From: a virus
Taxonomy: Duplodnaviria; Heunggongvirae; Uroviricota; Caudoviricetes
Virus record (IMG/VR): IMGVR_UViG_3300018080_000111
Direction: 5' to 3' (one strand)
DNA: 64,000 nt
This document shows, piece after piece, positions 17,622 to 27,262 of the stretch. The notes beneath the pieces are model-generated. The model was not told where the DNA came from. It saw only the letters and a program-made list of their open reading frames with translations, and did not search any database. Each line of letters begins with the position of its first letter. The first letter of the stretch is position 1. The position numbers were made by a program, and so were the translations under genes.

Positions 17622-18174
17622 TTTCTCCTTCTTCTAATTCATAAATACTATCCAGGCATCGATATTTTTCACCCAATCCCATACCACAGCCCACTAGAAA
17701 ACCATTTCCTTCATATTCTAATCCAACCACATCTGGAAGCTCCTCTTCTGATTTCCACATCTGGATTTTTGGATTCACCTTTCTTACCAGGACCGCTGAA
17801 TGAATGGATTTAAATTGAGCCTCTTGTTTTATTATACTGATTGCTCTTACTAATGTTAGGCCGGAATCATAGACATCGTCAATAATCCAGCATTTTTTCC
17901 CTCGAGTCAATTTGGGATCAAGATCCAAAGGATAGGTGATTTTCACCTTTTCGGTGGTCTCGGTTCCATCCTCGTATGAGGATAATCCTAAAAATCCTTG
18001 AAAGATTCTGGATTTATTCTCCTCTCTAATGATATTTAACAGAGACTGGGTTGTAAAAACTCCCCCCTTTAATATACACACGAAGCAAGAATTTTCTAAC
18101 CCAATCCTTTTTATCTGTTCTACCATAGAAGATAGGATACGAGAAATATGTAAATTACCTGCAACTTTTATCAT
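17608..18174 (-). CDS. Purine phosphoribosyltransferase (HPRT-like)
   Basis: VCILKGG...LSSY...WIIDDVYDSGLTL (PRPP loop)...FLVGCGM. Confidence 0.85.
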   Translation of the reverse strand: MIKVAGNLHISRILSSMVEQIKRIGLENSCFVCILKGGVFTTQSLLNIIREENKSRIFQGFLGLSSYEDGTETTEKVKITYPLDLDPKLTRGKKCWIIDDVYDSGLTLVRAISIIKQEAQFKSIHSAVLVRKVNPKIQMWKSEEELPDVVGLEYEGNGFLVGCGMGLGEKYRCLDSIYELEEGEIENV

Positions 18175-18809
18175 AAGAGTCTCTCCACCCTACTGATGTC
18201 GCCTATTTTGGAAACAAGAAAGGACCGATCTAAACCTTCCCTATCAGATGCTTCCGCCAACTCTTTTTCATGAGTAATATAGATTATCTGAATTCCTAAC
18301 TCATCTGAAATATCCTTCATTAGTTGAGCCAGATAGATTAAGGTTTCCTTTCGGAGACACCGGAAGGGCTCATCCAGGAGGATAACCTTTTGAATATTCT
18401 TTTCTGAACTTTGGATTGCCAAAGAGACTATTCGGGAGGCAAATGAGATAACATCAACAATAGATCCTCCCTTCTCATCCTTGGGAGAGTACCGAACACC
18501 ATTCTCAACCACAAACATCTCCATTTCAGGCTGATTTCGGAAAACTCTACTTTCTAATTCAAAGGAGTATTCTTCACCAAAAATTACCTGCAAAGATTGA
18601 GTAATGAGTTCCTCAAAAATTTCCTTGGTTGCATCTTGAGCAATAACCGCTGCGACACTTACTATCTCTCTGGCCTCGGAAAGATCTTGTATCTTTGATT
18701 CCAATTCTTGAATATTCGAGAGGATCTTTTTTTGATCCTTCTCTAAAACCTTTTTTGAAGCCTTTATGTCGGACAGGAAGTCTTTATACTTTATCAGGCC
18801 ATTCGGCAT
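18171..18809 (-). CDS. Rad50/SbcC-like ATPase, C-terminal half
   Basis: Coiled coil, degenerate signature KGGSIVD, Walker B ILLDEPF, H-loop YITHE. Confidence 0.8.
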   Translation of the reverse strand: MPNGLIKYKDFLSDIKASKKVLEKDQKKILSNIQELESKIQDLSEAREIVSVAAVIAQDATKEIFEELITQSLQVIFGEEYSFELESRVFRNQPEMEMFVVENGVRYSPKDEKGGSIVDVISFASRIVSLAIQSSEKNIQKVILLDEPFRCLRKETLIYLAQLMKDISDELGIQIIYITHEKELAEASDREGLDRSFLVSKIGDISRVERLL

Positions 18810-18997
18810 AAAAATTCTCCCAGGTTTCAATTGCAAGAGCTATTACTTGTCTACTTCTCAATTTTCCACCAACCTTCTCAATCTTTTGATTAATACTGGA
18901 AAGAAAACTTTCCAGATCTGGGAGATCATCAAGATCCTGATCCCGGGTCTTTAGTCTTTAGTAGAATACTATTAGCTATCTGTTTCCAATGAATCAT
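18784..18997 (-). pseudogene. Small gene apparently broken by a 1-bp insertion
   Basis: MIHWKQIANSILLKTKDP then frameshift at CCGGGAT into QDLDDLPDLESFL...WPDKV; removing one G joins the frames. Confidence 0.35.
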
Positions 18998-19320
18998 TTA
19001 GATCCCTTCTATTTTTCAAGTAATTTTAATACGGGATTTGTTTTTTGTTCGCATAAATCCATATAAGGGATAATTCACCTCTATAGTGGACTCTGGATCA
19101 ATTTCCTCATATGACGTAAAATCTTCAATGGCCATATTATCTTCTCTCATATACGTCTATTCTAGTTCCTTCTTGATGAGTATTAGTATGAAAGACTATT
19201 GGCTCGTTTGGATTCAATATAACCCCATCTTCATCCATCGTTCCGTCGTCTTTTACTCCAAAGGTATGCCAGCATCGTGCACTACTTAATTTATCCTTTA
19301 CCAGAACAGCATATCCCGTT

Positions 19321-19584
19321 CTATTCAGCTGTCCGGGTTGTTTCTGCGGAGGATATGATTTTTTGGAGTTCCTGATCAATCTTTTCAAGTTCTTGAGTAT
19401 TCTCATGATTTATTGCCTCAAGTTCCTCTAAGTATGTTTTTGCTTCTTCTAGAGAGTCCACATCGTGGGTTTCTTTTAATTGTTTAAGTAATTGGTCTCT
19501 CTTCCCTGATCTACGCTCTTCCTCCTTCTGAATTTCCCGAATTTTCTTTTGTTTTTCTTTTACTTGTCGAATCAGATCACTCAT
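19321..19584 (-). CDS. Small coiled-coil protein in the Mre11/Rad50 cluster
   Basis: Charged heptad pattern; ATGA-type overlaps. Confidence 0.6.
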   Translation of the reverse strand: MSDLIRQVKEKQKKIREIQKEEERRSGKRDQLLKQLKETHDVDSLEEAKTYLEELEAINHENTQELEKIDQELQKIISSAETTRTAE

Positions 19585-19768
19585 TATTCAACTCCTCCTG
19601 AATACGACGAACTGGAATTAAATCAGATGTTGAAATACTACCATCTTCTTCTATTCCGGACATTCGTTGGGTTAGAGTCCACTCTAAAGCGGCTTTCCAT
19701 ACTTCATGTGCAGATAATTTCCCACTCTGCTCTAATCTATTAGTAAACCACGCTTGAAATGCTTTCAT
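19577..19768 (-). CDS. Hypothetical protein
   Basis: Coupled to both neighbours. Confidence 0.5.
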   Translation of the reverse strand: MKAFQAWFTNRLEQSGKLSAHEVWKAALEWTLTQRMSGIEEDGSISTSDLIPVRRIQEELNNE

Positions 19769-20718
19769 TTTTCAATTCCTTGGATCTCTTCCAGAACATC
19801 ATCAATTTCGTTTCGAACATCCTCGGAAGCTTCCTTTTCTTTAATTACCTCAAGGAGAATGTCAAAGCCCGTCTTTCCTCCATTTTTCCTAGAACCGATT
19901 CTACTTTTTAGCGCATCAATAAGTTTCTGACTGTTAATCTTATCTATCTTTTGGTCCCGGCAAAGATCAAAAACCCCTTCTATTGGATCACAGGTCAGTT
20001 CAAAAAATTCTACTTTTCCTGTTTCTGTATCAAAAGTAGCAACGGAAGGACGATGTTCCAAATCCCACTTTGAGATGGTCTTTCTTACTAAACATCCCGC
20101 ATTGATAATAGTCCTTCCTTGATACTCACTGCTGAAACGATAATGGTAGTCGCCACAAATCACTAAGTTATACTTCGGATTATTCCTCAAAAATTGATTT
20201 GGTTTTTGAAGTTCCTGTCCAGGAAAGAGGTCTCGATCACCTATCATTTTATGTATCACCAGGATATTATACTCATCTTCTTGTTCTGGATTAGGGATGG
20301 GCTCTCCATAACTCGCTCCATACAGGTTAACTTTCGTTTCATCGGTTATGGAATAAATTGGATGGGGATCACTGAGTAGAAGGGTTCCCACCCCGGATGC
20401 TTTTAGTACGGCCAAAGGACTATTTTTTAGGGTGTGCAAACTATGTCCACTAATGTCATGTTGTCCGGAGACAAAGAAAACCCCTTCTTCATACCAAAGT
20501 TCCTTACGTAAGAATCTAATGATCTCAGCTTTGATTTTGTTTGAAGAAGTATGGGTATCAAAGAAATCCCCAGGTTGAATGATGTAGTCACATTTCTCCT
20601 CCTTAAAGATAGAGAATGCTTCCCGAAATTTTCTCATTTGAGTCTCAAAGAAGTTGTCCTTCCTTCGACTTGGTCCACGAGAAGTAAAATGTAAATCTCC
20701 GAATATTCCTAATTTCAT
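19765..20718 (-). CDS. Mre11/SbcD-like nuclease
   Basis: GDLHF, PGDFFD, SGQHD, ICGDYH, INAGCL metallophosphoesterase motifs. Confidence 0.88.
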   Translation of the reverse strand: MKLGIFGDLHFTSRGPSRRKDNFFETQMRKFREAFSIFKEEKCDYIIQPGDFFDTHTSSNKIKAEIIRFLRKELWYEEGVFFVSGQHDISGHSLHTLKNSPLAVLKASGVGTLLLSDPHPIYSITDETKVNLYGASYGEPIPNPEQEDEYNILVIHKMIGDRDLFPGQELQKPNQFLRNNPKYNLVICGDYHYRFSSEYQGRTIINAGCLVRKTISKWDLEHRPSVATFDTETGKVEFFELTCDPIEGVFDLCRDQKIDKINSQKLIDALKSRIGSRKNGGKTGFDILLEVIKEKEASEDVRNEIDDVLEEIQGIEK

Positions 20719-20772
20719 CTGATTTTATTCTTCCACCATTTCGTTATTGATTGCTTTTTTAACATCTTCCCA

Positions 20773-20873
20773 CTCGAATTACATCGAATTTCCGGACTGC
20801 CCCAACGAACCGAATTGGAAGAGGAGGCTGTGTACTTCCTCGAATTACATCGAATTTCCGGACTGCCCCAACG
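20773..20873. repeat. Two exact 35-bp direct repeats separated by 31 bp
   Basis: CTCGAATTACATCGAATTTCCGGACTGCCCCAACG at 20773-20807 and 20839-20873. Confidence 0.9.
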
Positions 20874-20906
20874 GGAAGAACTGAGATAACTCTATTTAAT
20901 CTTTTC

Positions 20907-21416
20907 TTATTCATTCTTAAGTTCTTTTAACTTTTGATTCCCAAAGTAATTAACAACATCGTCCCAGGAGTAAGGATAAAAATTATTAGTATCTACTCCA
21001 ACATCTAGCTGGTCTTTGAATGGTCCCTTCCTTCCATGGGAATGGCCGAATAACTGCCAAGCCCCGTAATGGGATCTTTCCCATGTTCTCATACAGTAGT
21101 GGCAAACCACTACGAATTGTTGTTCTATACGTTTTCTCCACATAAATTTGGTCGAGTTCGGTAACCAATGGTCGTGTGATCCTTTTAAGAAGATATGATT
21201 TCCATTCAATTTGGATATATACTTTTTATGGGCTTCTCTTTCCTTTTTGCACCAGCAGAAGTCTCCGGCATGAACGGTAAGATCATTTTTACCAACTACC
21301 TCATTAAATCTGCGGATAAGTTCTTTATCCATCTCTTCTACTGATTCGAAGGGGCGATTACAGTATTTAATAATATTAGAATGTCCGTAATGCTCGTCTA
21401 CAGTAAAGAAAATCAT
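20907..21416 (-). CDS. Calcineurin-like metallophosphoesterase
   Basis: DEHYGH, HAGDF, KGSHD, CHY, FGHSH, DVGVD. Confidence 0.88.
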   Translation of the reverse strand: MIFFTVDEHYGHSNIIKYCNRPFESVEEMDKELIRRFNEVVGKNDLTVHAGDFCWCKKEREAHKKYISKLNGNHIFLKGSHDHWLPNSTKFMWRKRIEQQFVVVCHYCMRTWERSHYGAWQLFGHSHGRKGPFKDQLDVGVDTNNFYPYSWDDVVNYFGNQKLKELKNE

Positions 21417-21418
21417 AT

Positions 21419-21634
21419 TTATTTCTCGGTGTACTCAAATTGAATAACATCATCTGCTAAGTGTGCCATAAAATTGGGGGCATCGATGATAGCGTTGTCA
21501 CATTGTGTAATACATTCCCCGCTAAATTGCTCTTGTTCCGTAAACCAATCGATTACGGCTTCGAACACTTTGTTTTTCATCTCTTCGGAATCATCAAAAG
21601 AAAAAATACAATCTTCAAATTCTATTGTCCTCAT
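21419..21634 (-). CDS. Hypothetical protein
   Basis: Acidic 71-aa ORF coupled to neighbours. Confidence 0.55.
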   Translation of the reverse strand: MRTIEFEDCIFSFDDSEEMKNKVFEAVIDWFTEQEQFSGECITQCDNAIIDAPNFMAHLADDVIQFEYTEK

Positions 21635-22854
21635 TTATAGTTCTCCAATATTTTTCTCTTCTTTTCTTTTGAAAGATTCACGCTTTCACATAGCGGACAA
21701 ACTTCGATCTTATCCAGAAGATTAAAGAGTTCTTCTTGATTCTTTTCAATAAGCGGCTGAACTGGTTTTAAATCCTCTCTACCCAACTCAGAAATCAAAT
21801 TTCTTATTGATCGAATCTCCCCATCTGTATTATTATACTCAGATATCAATGTATCCGTTTCAATAATAAGATTTTCTGTTTTTTCCGGGAGTTCTAAAAT
21901 ATCCTTTAATATGGAAAGCTCCTGGATTAGGTTGGCTAAATTCTCTCTTTTTTGGTTCGATTTTGAAATAGAGTCTATTAAATCACCACATCTGGAAGAG
22001 GTTTTCTCGAAACCTTGGAATAGATCTTTTGGAAGAAGCTCTACTTCAAGTTCTGAAAGTTCGCCAATCTGAGTTCTCAATTCTCGGGTTATTGAAAACC
22101 CTTGAGTACATTTTTCACATTTTTCAACTGTAGAATCTAACATCTTCTCCAGATTTTCAGGAAGAACAATCCGATCTTTTTCTAATTGTTCCAGTTCCAT
22201 TATCATGGGTCGGATATTAGATATCATTCGGGAAACTTCATCTTTCTCCTTCTGGATGGATTCCATAGACTGAATTAGTTTTTCAATTTTATTGACATCT
22301 ATTTTTTGGAGTTTTGAAAGATTTTCCTCTACTTCTGATAGTCTTTTTCTCTCAGAAGACAATTCTGAATTTTTACTTGTAATCTTTCCTTTTAGAGCAG
22401 AGACGGCCTTGTCTAGAATATCCAGCCCAGAAATGCTTCGTATATGTTGTGCGACTTGTCCCGGAGGAGAAAGGACCAGGAAGGGCTGCTCCAACTGGGA
22501 TTGTATATTGACATCCTCTAAATTTAAGGCCTCTAATATGTCAGAGGGTGGATTAGCTCCAAAGGAGTCAAAAGGTTCTTCTATACCAGAAATCCGGTAC
22601 TCATTGGTTTTCTTTCCTCTTATTCTAGATATGGAATCGTTGTCCGACTCAATTTCAACAATAGCATCCCCATCCTGATTTTTTCGTATGAAGGAAGTGC
22701 CTAAAGGTCTATTATCTTTTACCCAGGTTACAGATCGAAAGATGGAGGTCTTTCCTGAATCATTCTCGCCGGTAATAGTATTGATTCCAGGACCAAAATC
22801 AAGAACGCTATCCTTATGTCCTTGGAAGTTTTTAAGTCGTAATTTTCGTATCAT
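21631..22854 (-). CDS. Rad50/SbcC-like ATPase, N-terminal half ending in Zn hook
   Basis: LRLKNFQGH, Walker A GENDSGKT, Q-loop IQSQLE, coiled coil, terminal CPLC. Confidence 0.85.
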   Translation of the reverse strand: MIRKLRLKNFQGHKDSVLDFGPGINTITGENDSGKTSIFRSVTWVKDNRPLGTSFIRKNQDGDAIVEIESDNDSISRIRGKKTNEYRISGIEEPFDSFGANPPSDILEALNLEDVNIQSQLEQPFLVLSPPGQVAQHIRSISGLDILDKAVSALKGKITSKNSELSSERKRLSEVEENLSKLQKIDVNKIEKLIQSMESIQKEKDEVSRMISNIRPMIMELEQLEKDRIVLPENLEKMLDSTVEKCEKCTQGFSITRELRTQIGELSELEVELLPKDLFQGFEKTSSRCGDLIDSISKSNQKRENLANLIQELSILKDILELPEKTENLIIETDTLISEYNNTDGEIRSIRNLISELGREDLKPVQPLIEKNQEELFNLLDKIEVCPLCESVNLSKEKKRKILENYK

Positions 22855-23092
22855 CTTCGGATTCTTTCAGAATATCCAAGACTTCTTCCATTGGAAGCGG
22901 ACAAGGAAGGACCATTCCGTTTGCTAAAAATAAACCAGTGCCGGTTTTCACTATGGGAGTTTCCCCATCACCACCTTTGAGGCCCGTATCTATGGGAATC
23001 TTGTCGAGCATAACAATATGATCCATATTGATTGGATTGTTCTTTGTATTCCCTTCCTTGGTCATTATGGGTAGTTTTTCAGTTAAGTTCAT
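22832..23092 (-). CDS. Hypothetical protein
   Basis: 86-aa ORF in operon. Confidence 0.55.
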   Translation of the reverse strand: MNLTEKLPIMTKEGNTKNNPINMDHIVMLDKIPIDTGLKGGDGETPIVKTGTGLFLANGMVLPCPLPMEEVLDILKESEDDTKITT

Positions 23093-23970
23093 TTTGATCC
23101 TTTCGTGAAAGGGAGAGTTTCAGAATAAAATCCAGAAGCCTTAGCATGGCCGCCACCACCGTATTTTCTCGCTATTTCAGCTACATCAACTCTTCCATCA
23201 GATCGAAGAGAAAATTTCCACATCTCACCATTAAAAACTGATGAAATGCACATATCATATTCGTTTATCCTATCACCAAACATTTCTGCTCCACATCCGG
23301 GGAAGATAAAATTGACAACAAAGCATTTATATCCCTCAAATTCTACTTCGTATCCATATTGTTCAAGTTGATCTTTACAGAGGTTGTCCCGGTAAGTTAA
23401 ACAAGTATGCCCCTGGTCTATAATAGTAGCTGTATCCGCGGCTTGTATTGTTGAGTTTGAATTGAGTAATGCATCCCAGATATCATTCTCCGGACCATGT
23501 TCATATAGTTTCAGTCCTTCATTAAAGGAAGCAGTATTATCTCCATAGACCCACTTCCAAGCGTCCCTATCCCCAATTAATTTTATTGCTGCAGGCATCT
23601 CCTGAGCCGGATATAGGGAGTTCCAAACAAGTTCACATCCAGAATATTTGCTTCCAGGCTCAAGGATGCAGACAACGTTAGGTGGATAATTTTTGGATAC
23701 CTCTGGAGTCGTTTTGTGGTGATCGTAAACGAAGACCCGGGTAGTCCGTGCACAAATTAGTTCCATAATTTCAGGTTTAAAATGGAAGTCAACTATGTAT
23801 ACTACTTCATTGGGTTCAATGGAATCTATCTCTTCCTGTAAGGAATCCTGTATATCGTAGTCCACTTCTACGAATCTTCGTTTTGTGGAAGGGAAGTTTT
23901 CTTTAATGTATTTAGCTACGATGGCCGCGGCGGATCTACCATCCGCATCATTGTGATGAAAACAGAGCAT
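23089..23970 (-). CDS. DHH/DHHA1 phosphoesterase
   Basis: HNDADG, IVDF, YDHH, GGGGHAKASGF. Confidence 0.88.
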   Translation of the reverse strand: MLCFHHNDADGRSAAAIVAKYIKENFPSTKRRFVEVDYDIQDSLQEEIDSIEPNEVVYIVDFHFKPEIMELICARTTRVFVYDHHKTTPEVSKNYPPNVVCILEPGSKYSGCELVWNSLYPAQEMPAAIKLIGDRDAWKWVYGDNTASFNEGLKLYEHGPENDIWDALLNSNSTIQAADTATIIDQGHTCLTYRDNLCKDQLEQYGYEVEFEGYKCFVVNFIFPGCGAEMFGDRINEYDMCISSVFNGEMWKFSLRSDGRVDVAEIARKYGGGGHAKASGFYSETLPFTKGSK

Positions 23971-23973
23971 TTT

Positions 23974-24222
23974 TTATCCTTTCATAGAGCAATCATTTTC
24001 TGGAACATTTAAATCGGACTTCCATTTTATAAAAATAAGTGCCGATGTTTTATCATCTTCTCCACCTAAGGCCTCCTTGGCCACCTCTTCAATATTCTTA
24101 AATCTCCTTTTGTAGGACTTCATATCCTTTTCATATTCATTGGCACACACGAAGAAGCCAACAAGAAGCCCAAAGATTGCACAACAAAAGGAACACGCGA
24201 TTAATTCAGCTGACATCTTCAT
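23974..24222 (-). CDS. Small membrane protein
   Basis: N-terminal TM segment. Confidence 0.5.
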   Translation of the reverse strand: MKMSAELIACSFCCAIFGLLVGFFVCANEYEKDMKSYKRRFKNIEEVAKEALGGEDDKTSALIFIKWKSDLNVPENDCSMKG

Positions 24223-24449
24223 TCTCCAACAGAATTGTTTGTTGTACCCTTTTCAACGATGACATCTTCTACTTCTTCGAATACATCTTTTCCCTTGTTT
24301 GTTCCTGTCTTTTGTAAATTTAATTTATTTACTTGTTCAGAAGTCAAATCTATGGTCACCGTTCTTTTTCTAATAGGAATGGTTTGACCCGTATATTGGG
24401 CATGAAGTATTGGTCCCCAGGTATCTGCTATGATGAATGTTAATTTCAT
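24219..24449 (-). CDS. Hypothetical protein
   Basis: 76-aa ORF after GGAG. Confidence 0.55.
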   Translation of the reverse strand: MKLTFIIADTWGPILHAQYTGQTIPIRKRTVTIDLTSEQVNKLNLQKTGTNKGKDVFEEVEDVIVEKGTTNNSVGE

Positions 24450-24450
24450 T

Positions 24451-24837
24451 TTATCTCTCCAGTAGCAAAGTGGGGAGTTCTTCTCCAGATAAAACTCTCA
24501 AATAAGATAGAAATTCTCTGGTTGGGTCAGACCCCAAAAATAGTTGGAGGAATATCCTCTCAATATCTTCTAGAGTACCTTTTCGATCCTCTAAAGTAAC
24601 CTAAATATGGTAGTGAGGGTGTCCTGATTGGGATTGTTTAATTTCAAAATCTATCGGAAGAAATTGGTTTAAATACTCTGCTCTTTCCTCAAAGAGCTGC
24701 ATTTGTTCTTCCGTGTCAATATCCAAAAGGAGTTCAGTATCCTTAGGATAGACGACTTTTAATCCTTTTTCTTCGGCCTCTTTAATTGCGGACATGCGAT
24801 CAATATCATAATTAATCGTCTCTTTGTTTAGTTTCAT
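24451..24837 (-). pseudogene. Phage gene interrupted by one in-frame TAG at 24601-24603
   Basis: Frame continues after the stop: HYHI*VTLEDRKGTLEDIERIFLQLFLGSDPTREFLSYLRVLSGEELPTLLLER, ending 2 bp before the next start. Confidence 0.7.
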
Positions 24838-25355
24838 GCCATTTGCCCTAAACTGGATCTTCTGATCCATTCGGCAATTAATAGGGCATCACTTCTTCCA
24901 TCCTTCTTCCCTCCTCTAGGTCCCCTTAATTCTGCGGAGGGGAATAATCTTTCGGCGATCATTAGACTCTGTGCCTTCTTATCCCCTTTCGATTTTGTAA
25001 TTTGAAATTCCTTTTGCCAAGTTTTTGGAATGACTAACTCATATGGTATATTCAATCCTACCAGGAGGCCCTCAAAAATACCCTGACATAATCCTAGACC
25101 AAAGGTGGCCTGTATCCGGATTCCCGGGGGTAGGCTCTGCATTTTTTCGAGTGCGACGGTAACTTTTGTGGGTCCTATATCAGAAAAGTTCATAAGAATA
25201 TTTCTAATTGCCGGGATATCGTATTCTCGTTTCTTTTTCTTCCCTTTTGTAAATTCTATAATGGGAGTGTCGTATATCCATATATGTTTTCCTTGTTCAT
25301 CGACAACTCCGATTGCTCCCTGAAGTCCTGGATCAATTCCAATGTATAGACTCAT
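24834..25355 (-). CDS. ruvC: RuvC-like Holliday junction resolvase
   Basis: YIGIDPG, VALEK, FGLG, WQK, DGRSDALLIA. Confidence 0.85.
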   Translation of the reverse strand: MSLYIGIDPGLQGAIGVVDEQGKHIWIYDTPIIEFTKGKKKKREYDIPAIRNILMNFSDIGPTKVTVALEKMQSLPPGIRIQATFGLGLCQGIFEGLLVGLNIPYELVIPKTWQKEFQITKSKGDKKAQSLMIAERLFPSAELRGPRGGKKDGRSDALLIAEWIRRSSLGQMA

Positions 25356-25624
25356 TCTAGTCCATTCCTCTCTTCCAGCAACTTCCTCAGATATGAATTC
25401 TCTCGACGAGTCGCCTCAAGGTCGAAGAGTTGATACTTAATACATACCCTCAGATGATCCAGGGAATCCTGTAGACTGCTGATACTCTTTTCAAGCTTTG
25501 CTCTATTGGCTTTTGCCTGTTTGGCAAGTTGAACTAATTTCTTGTGTTGTGGATCAGTAGATCCTGAGGATTCTTCAATTAATTTGTCCAGTTGTTCTTT
25601 AAGATCGTTTTCATTCATTACCAT
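25352..25624 (-). CDS. Coiled-coil hypothetical protein
   Basis: Coupled to recA and ruvC. Confidence 0.6.
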   Translation of the reverse strand: MVMNENDLKEQLDKLIEESSGSTDPQHKKLVQLAKQAKANRAKLEKSISSLQDSLDHLRVCIKYQLFDLEATRRENSYLRKLLEERNGLE

Positions 25625-26685
25625 ACCCTCGCTTTTCTCTTCTCAGTTTTATGAAGTTCTTGCCAGGTTTTCCAGATTTCTTCACGAAGTTCTTTCTCCT
25701 TATTATTTTCTTCAATATATTGAATCCACTCTACTCGAGTTTTTTCTTCATCAAATATTTTTATTGTGGTTGTTTTATTCTTTGCTTTTTGATCTCCATT
25801 TTGGAGAATATTAAGAAATTGGATATTTGTGGAGATGTCATCTAGGCCATAGGAGAATAAGATTCGGAATCTTCCTTCTTTGAATGGGGGGGCAACCTTG
25901 TTCTTCGTAATCTTGAATTTTACCCAGATTCCAATTGGGCTTCCTTCCTTGTTTTTAATCCCTGAAAGGTGCTTAAGATGTATTTGAATTGAACTATAAA
26001 ATTCCAGAGCTCTTCCACCGGAGGTAACCTCTTTGTTCGCCGAAAAAGGTCCTGCTCCGATATTATCGCGAGTTTGATCTATACAAAATAGAGTTGTATT
26101 GCTTTCCGCAAGAGCAAATAAATACTTTCGGAATCCTTTGGACATCTGTTTGGCTCTGGAGGTTCCGTACGTCCCGTCCATCATACTTTCTTCCAATTCG
26201 ACCTGGGTGGGCAACGCGCTGACACTGTCAACTACTACTATTTTCGATTCTCTGTTTAGAGGATCCTTCTTTTTGATTTGTCCAGTAGGAGTCTTATTAT
26301 AGATGATATCTGAAAGATATACATCAAAAAACTCCTCTAGGGTGGAAGGATGTCCAACAATCACTTTATCACAATCTAGTCCATATAAGGATGCAAAATG
26401 AGGATCCAAAGTATGTTCTATATCAGCATAATATGCTTTTTTTCCAGAACGTTGGGCATATCCACAAACCATTGTTGCTAAGACGGATTTAGAAGTACTT
26501 CCTCCCCCAAAGACGTGGACTATTCTACCAACCGGAATACCACCCGGATATTGGTTTGCAAGAGCTATATCTAGAGTCGTACATCCGGTAGAAAAGAAAT
26601 TGCGGACTCCCGGAAGTCCAATAATATCTGAGGATTGTTTTGCAGTCTCTTTAATCGTATCTTCTATTTTTTCATTTTTAGACAT
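25618..26685 (-). CDS. recA: RecA/UvsX-like recombinase
   Basis: STGCTTLDIAL, GIPVGRIVHVFGGGSTSKS, VVVDSVSAL, SGGRALEFYSS, KNKVAPPF; start set at MSKNEK. Confidence 0.92.
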   Translation of the reverse strand: MSKNEKIEDTIKETAKQSSDIIGLPGVRNFFSTGCTTLDIALANQYPGGIPVGRIVHVFGGGSTSKSVLATMVCGYAQRSGKKAYYADIEHTLDPHFASLYGLDCDKVIVGHPSTLEEFFDVYLSDIIYNKTPTGQIKKKDPLNRESKIVVVDSVSALPTQVELEESMMDGTYGTSRAKQMSKGFRKYLFALAESNTTLFCIDQTRDNIGAGPFSANKEVTSGGRALEFYSSIQIHLKHLSGIKNKEGSPIGIWVKFKITKNKVAPPFKEGRFRILFSYGLDDISTNIQFLNILQNGDQKAKNKTTTIKIFDEEKTRVEWIQYIEENNKEKELREEIWKTWQELHKTEKRKARVW

Positions 26686-27262
26686 TTTTATCCACCATCC
26701 TCTCAACTGAAAATCTTCCAAAAGTTCCACAGGAAGGTGCACCTGGCCTCCAATGACCTATTCCAATAAATTCACCAGCAACCTGCAAATGTTCCAAAAC
26801 AATTTGTTCATTTAGGGCCCCAGCAATTGTAGGATAAACCACTGTAAGAGTTCCTTCCCATTTAGGGATCTTTGGGTATCTTCTTGAAATCCTTCCTCCA
26901 TCTGGTTTTCCATTAGAGGAGACAAAAGATTTTCTTCCTTGAATTGTATCTTTGGTAAGTTCGGTAACTATATCTCCCTCAATTTGTATCAATCTAATAT
27001 AATGGACTAAACCTTTTCCTCTTTTTCCTCCTCCTACTCTTTTTCCTAAAAGTTTGGCAGCAGGCTCCAGAGTTCTCTTTAGAAGAAAACCTGGGATGAT
27101 TACCTTTCCATCCTCATTGTAATGGGCTCTTTCCTTCCAATACCTCTCTTCAAATTGTTGAGGGGTTTCACCCTCTTCTTTTTCCTGATCGATGTATTGA
27201 TCAAACAGAACAGGACTGATACTTTTAAACTTTATTTTGATTCGTTTAACTAATTCATCCAT
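26678..27262 (-). CDS. Stand-alone RAMP/Cas7-like protein (Vipr-like), putative guide-binding filament subunit
   Basis: N-terminal IKFKSISPVLF, IIPGFLLKRTL (cf. iPGSslKG of Csm3/Cas7 RAMPs), C-terminal Gly-rich loop GEFIGIGHWRP...GTFGRFSVE; no other cas genes in the window. Confidence 0.72.
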   Translation of the reverse strand: MDELVKRIKIKFKSISPVLFDQYIDQEKEEGETPQQFEERYWKERAHYNEDGKVIIPGFLLKRTLEPAAKLLGKRVGGGKRGKGLVHYIRLIQIEGDIVTELTKDTIQGRKSFVSSNGKPDGGRISRRYPKIPKWEGTLTVVYPTIAGALNEQIVLEHLQVAGEFIGIGHWRPGAPSCGTFGRFSVERMVDKNV

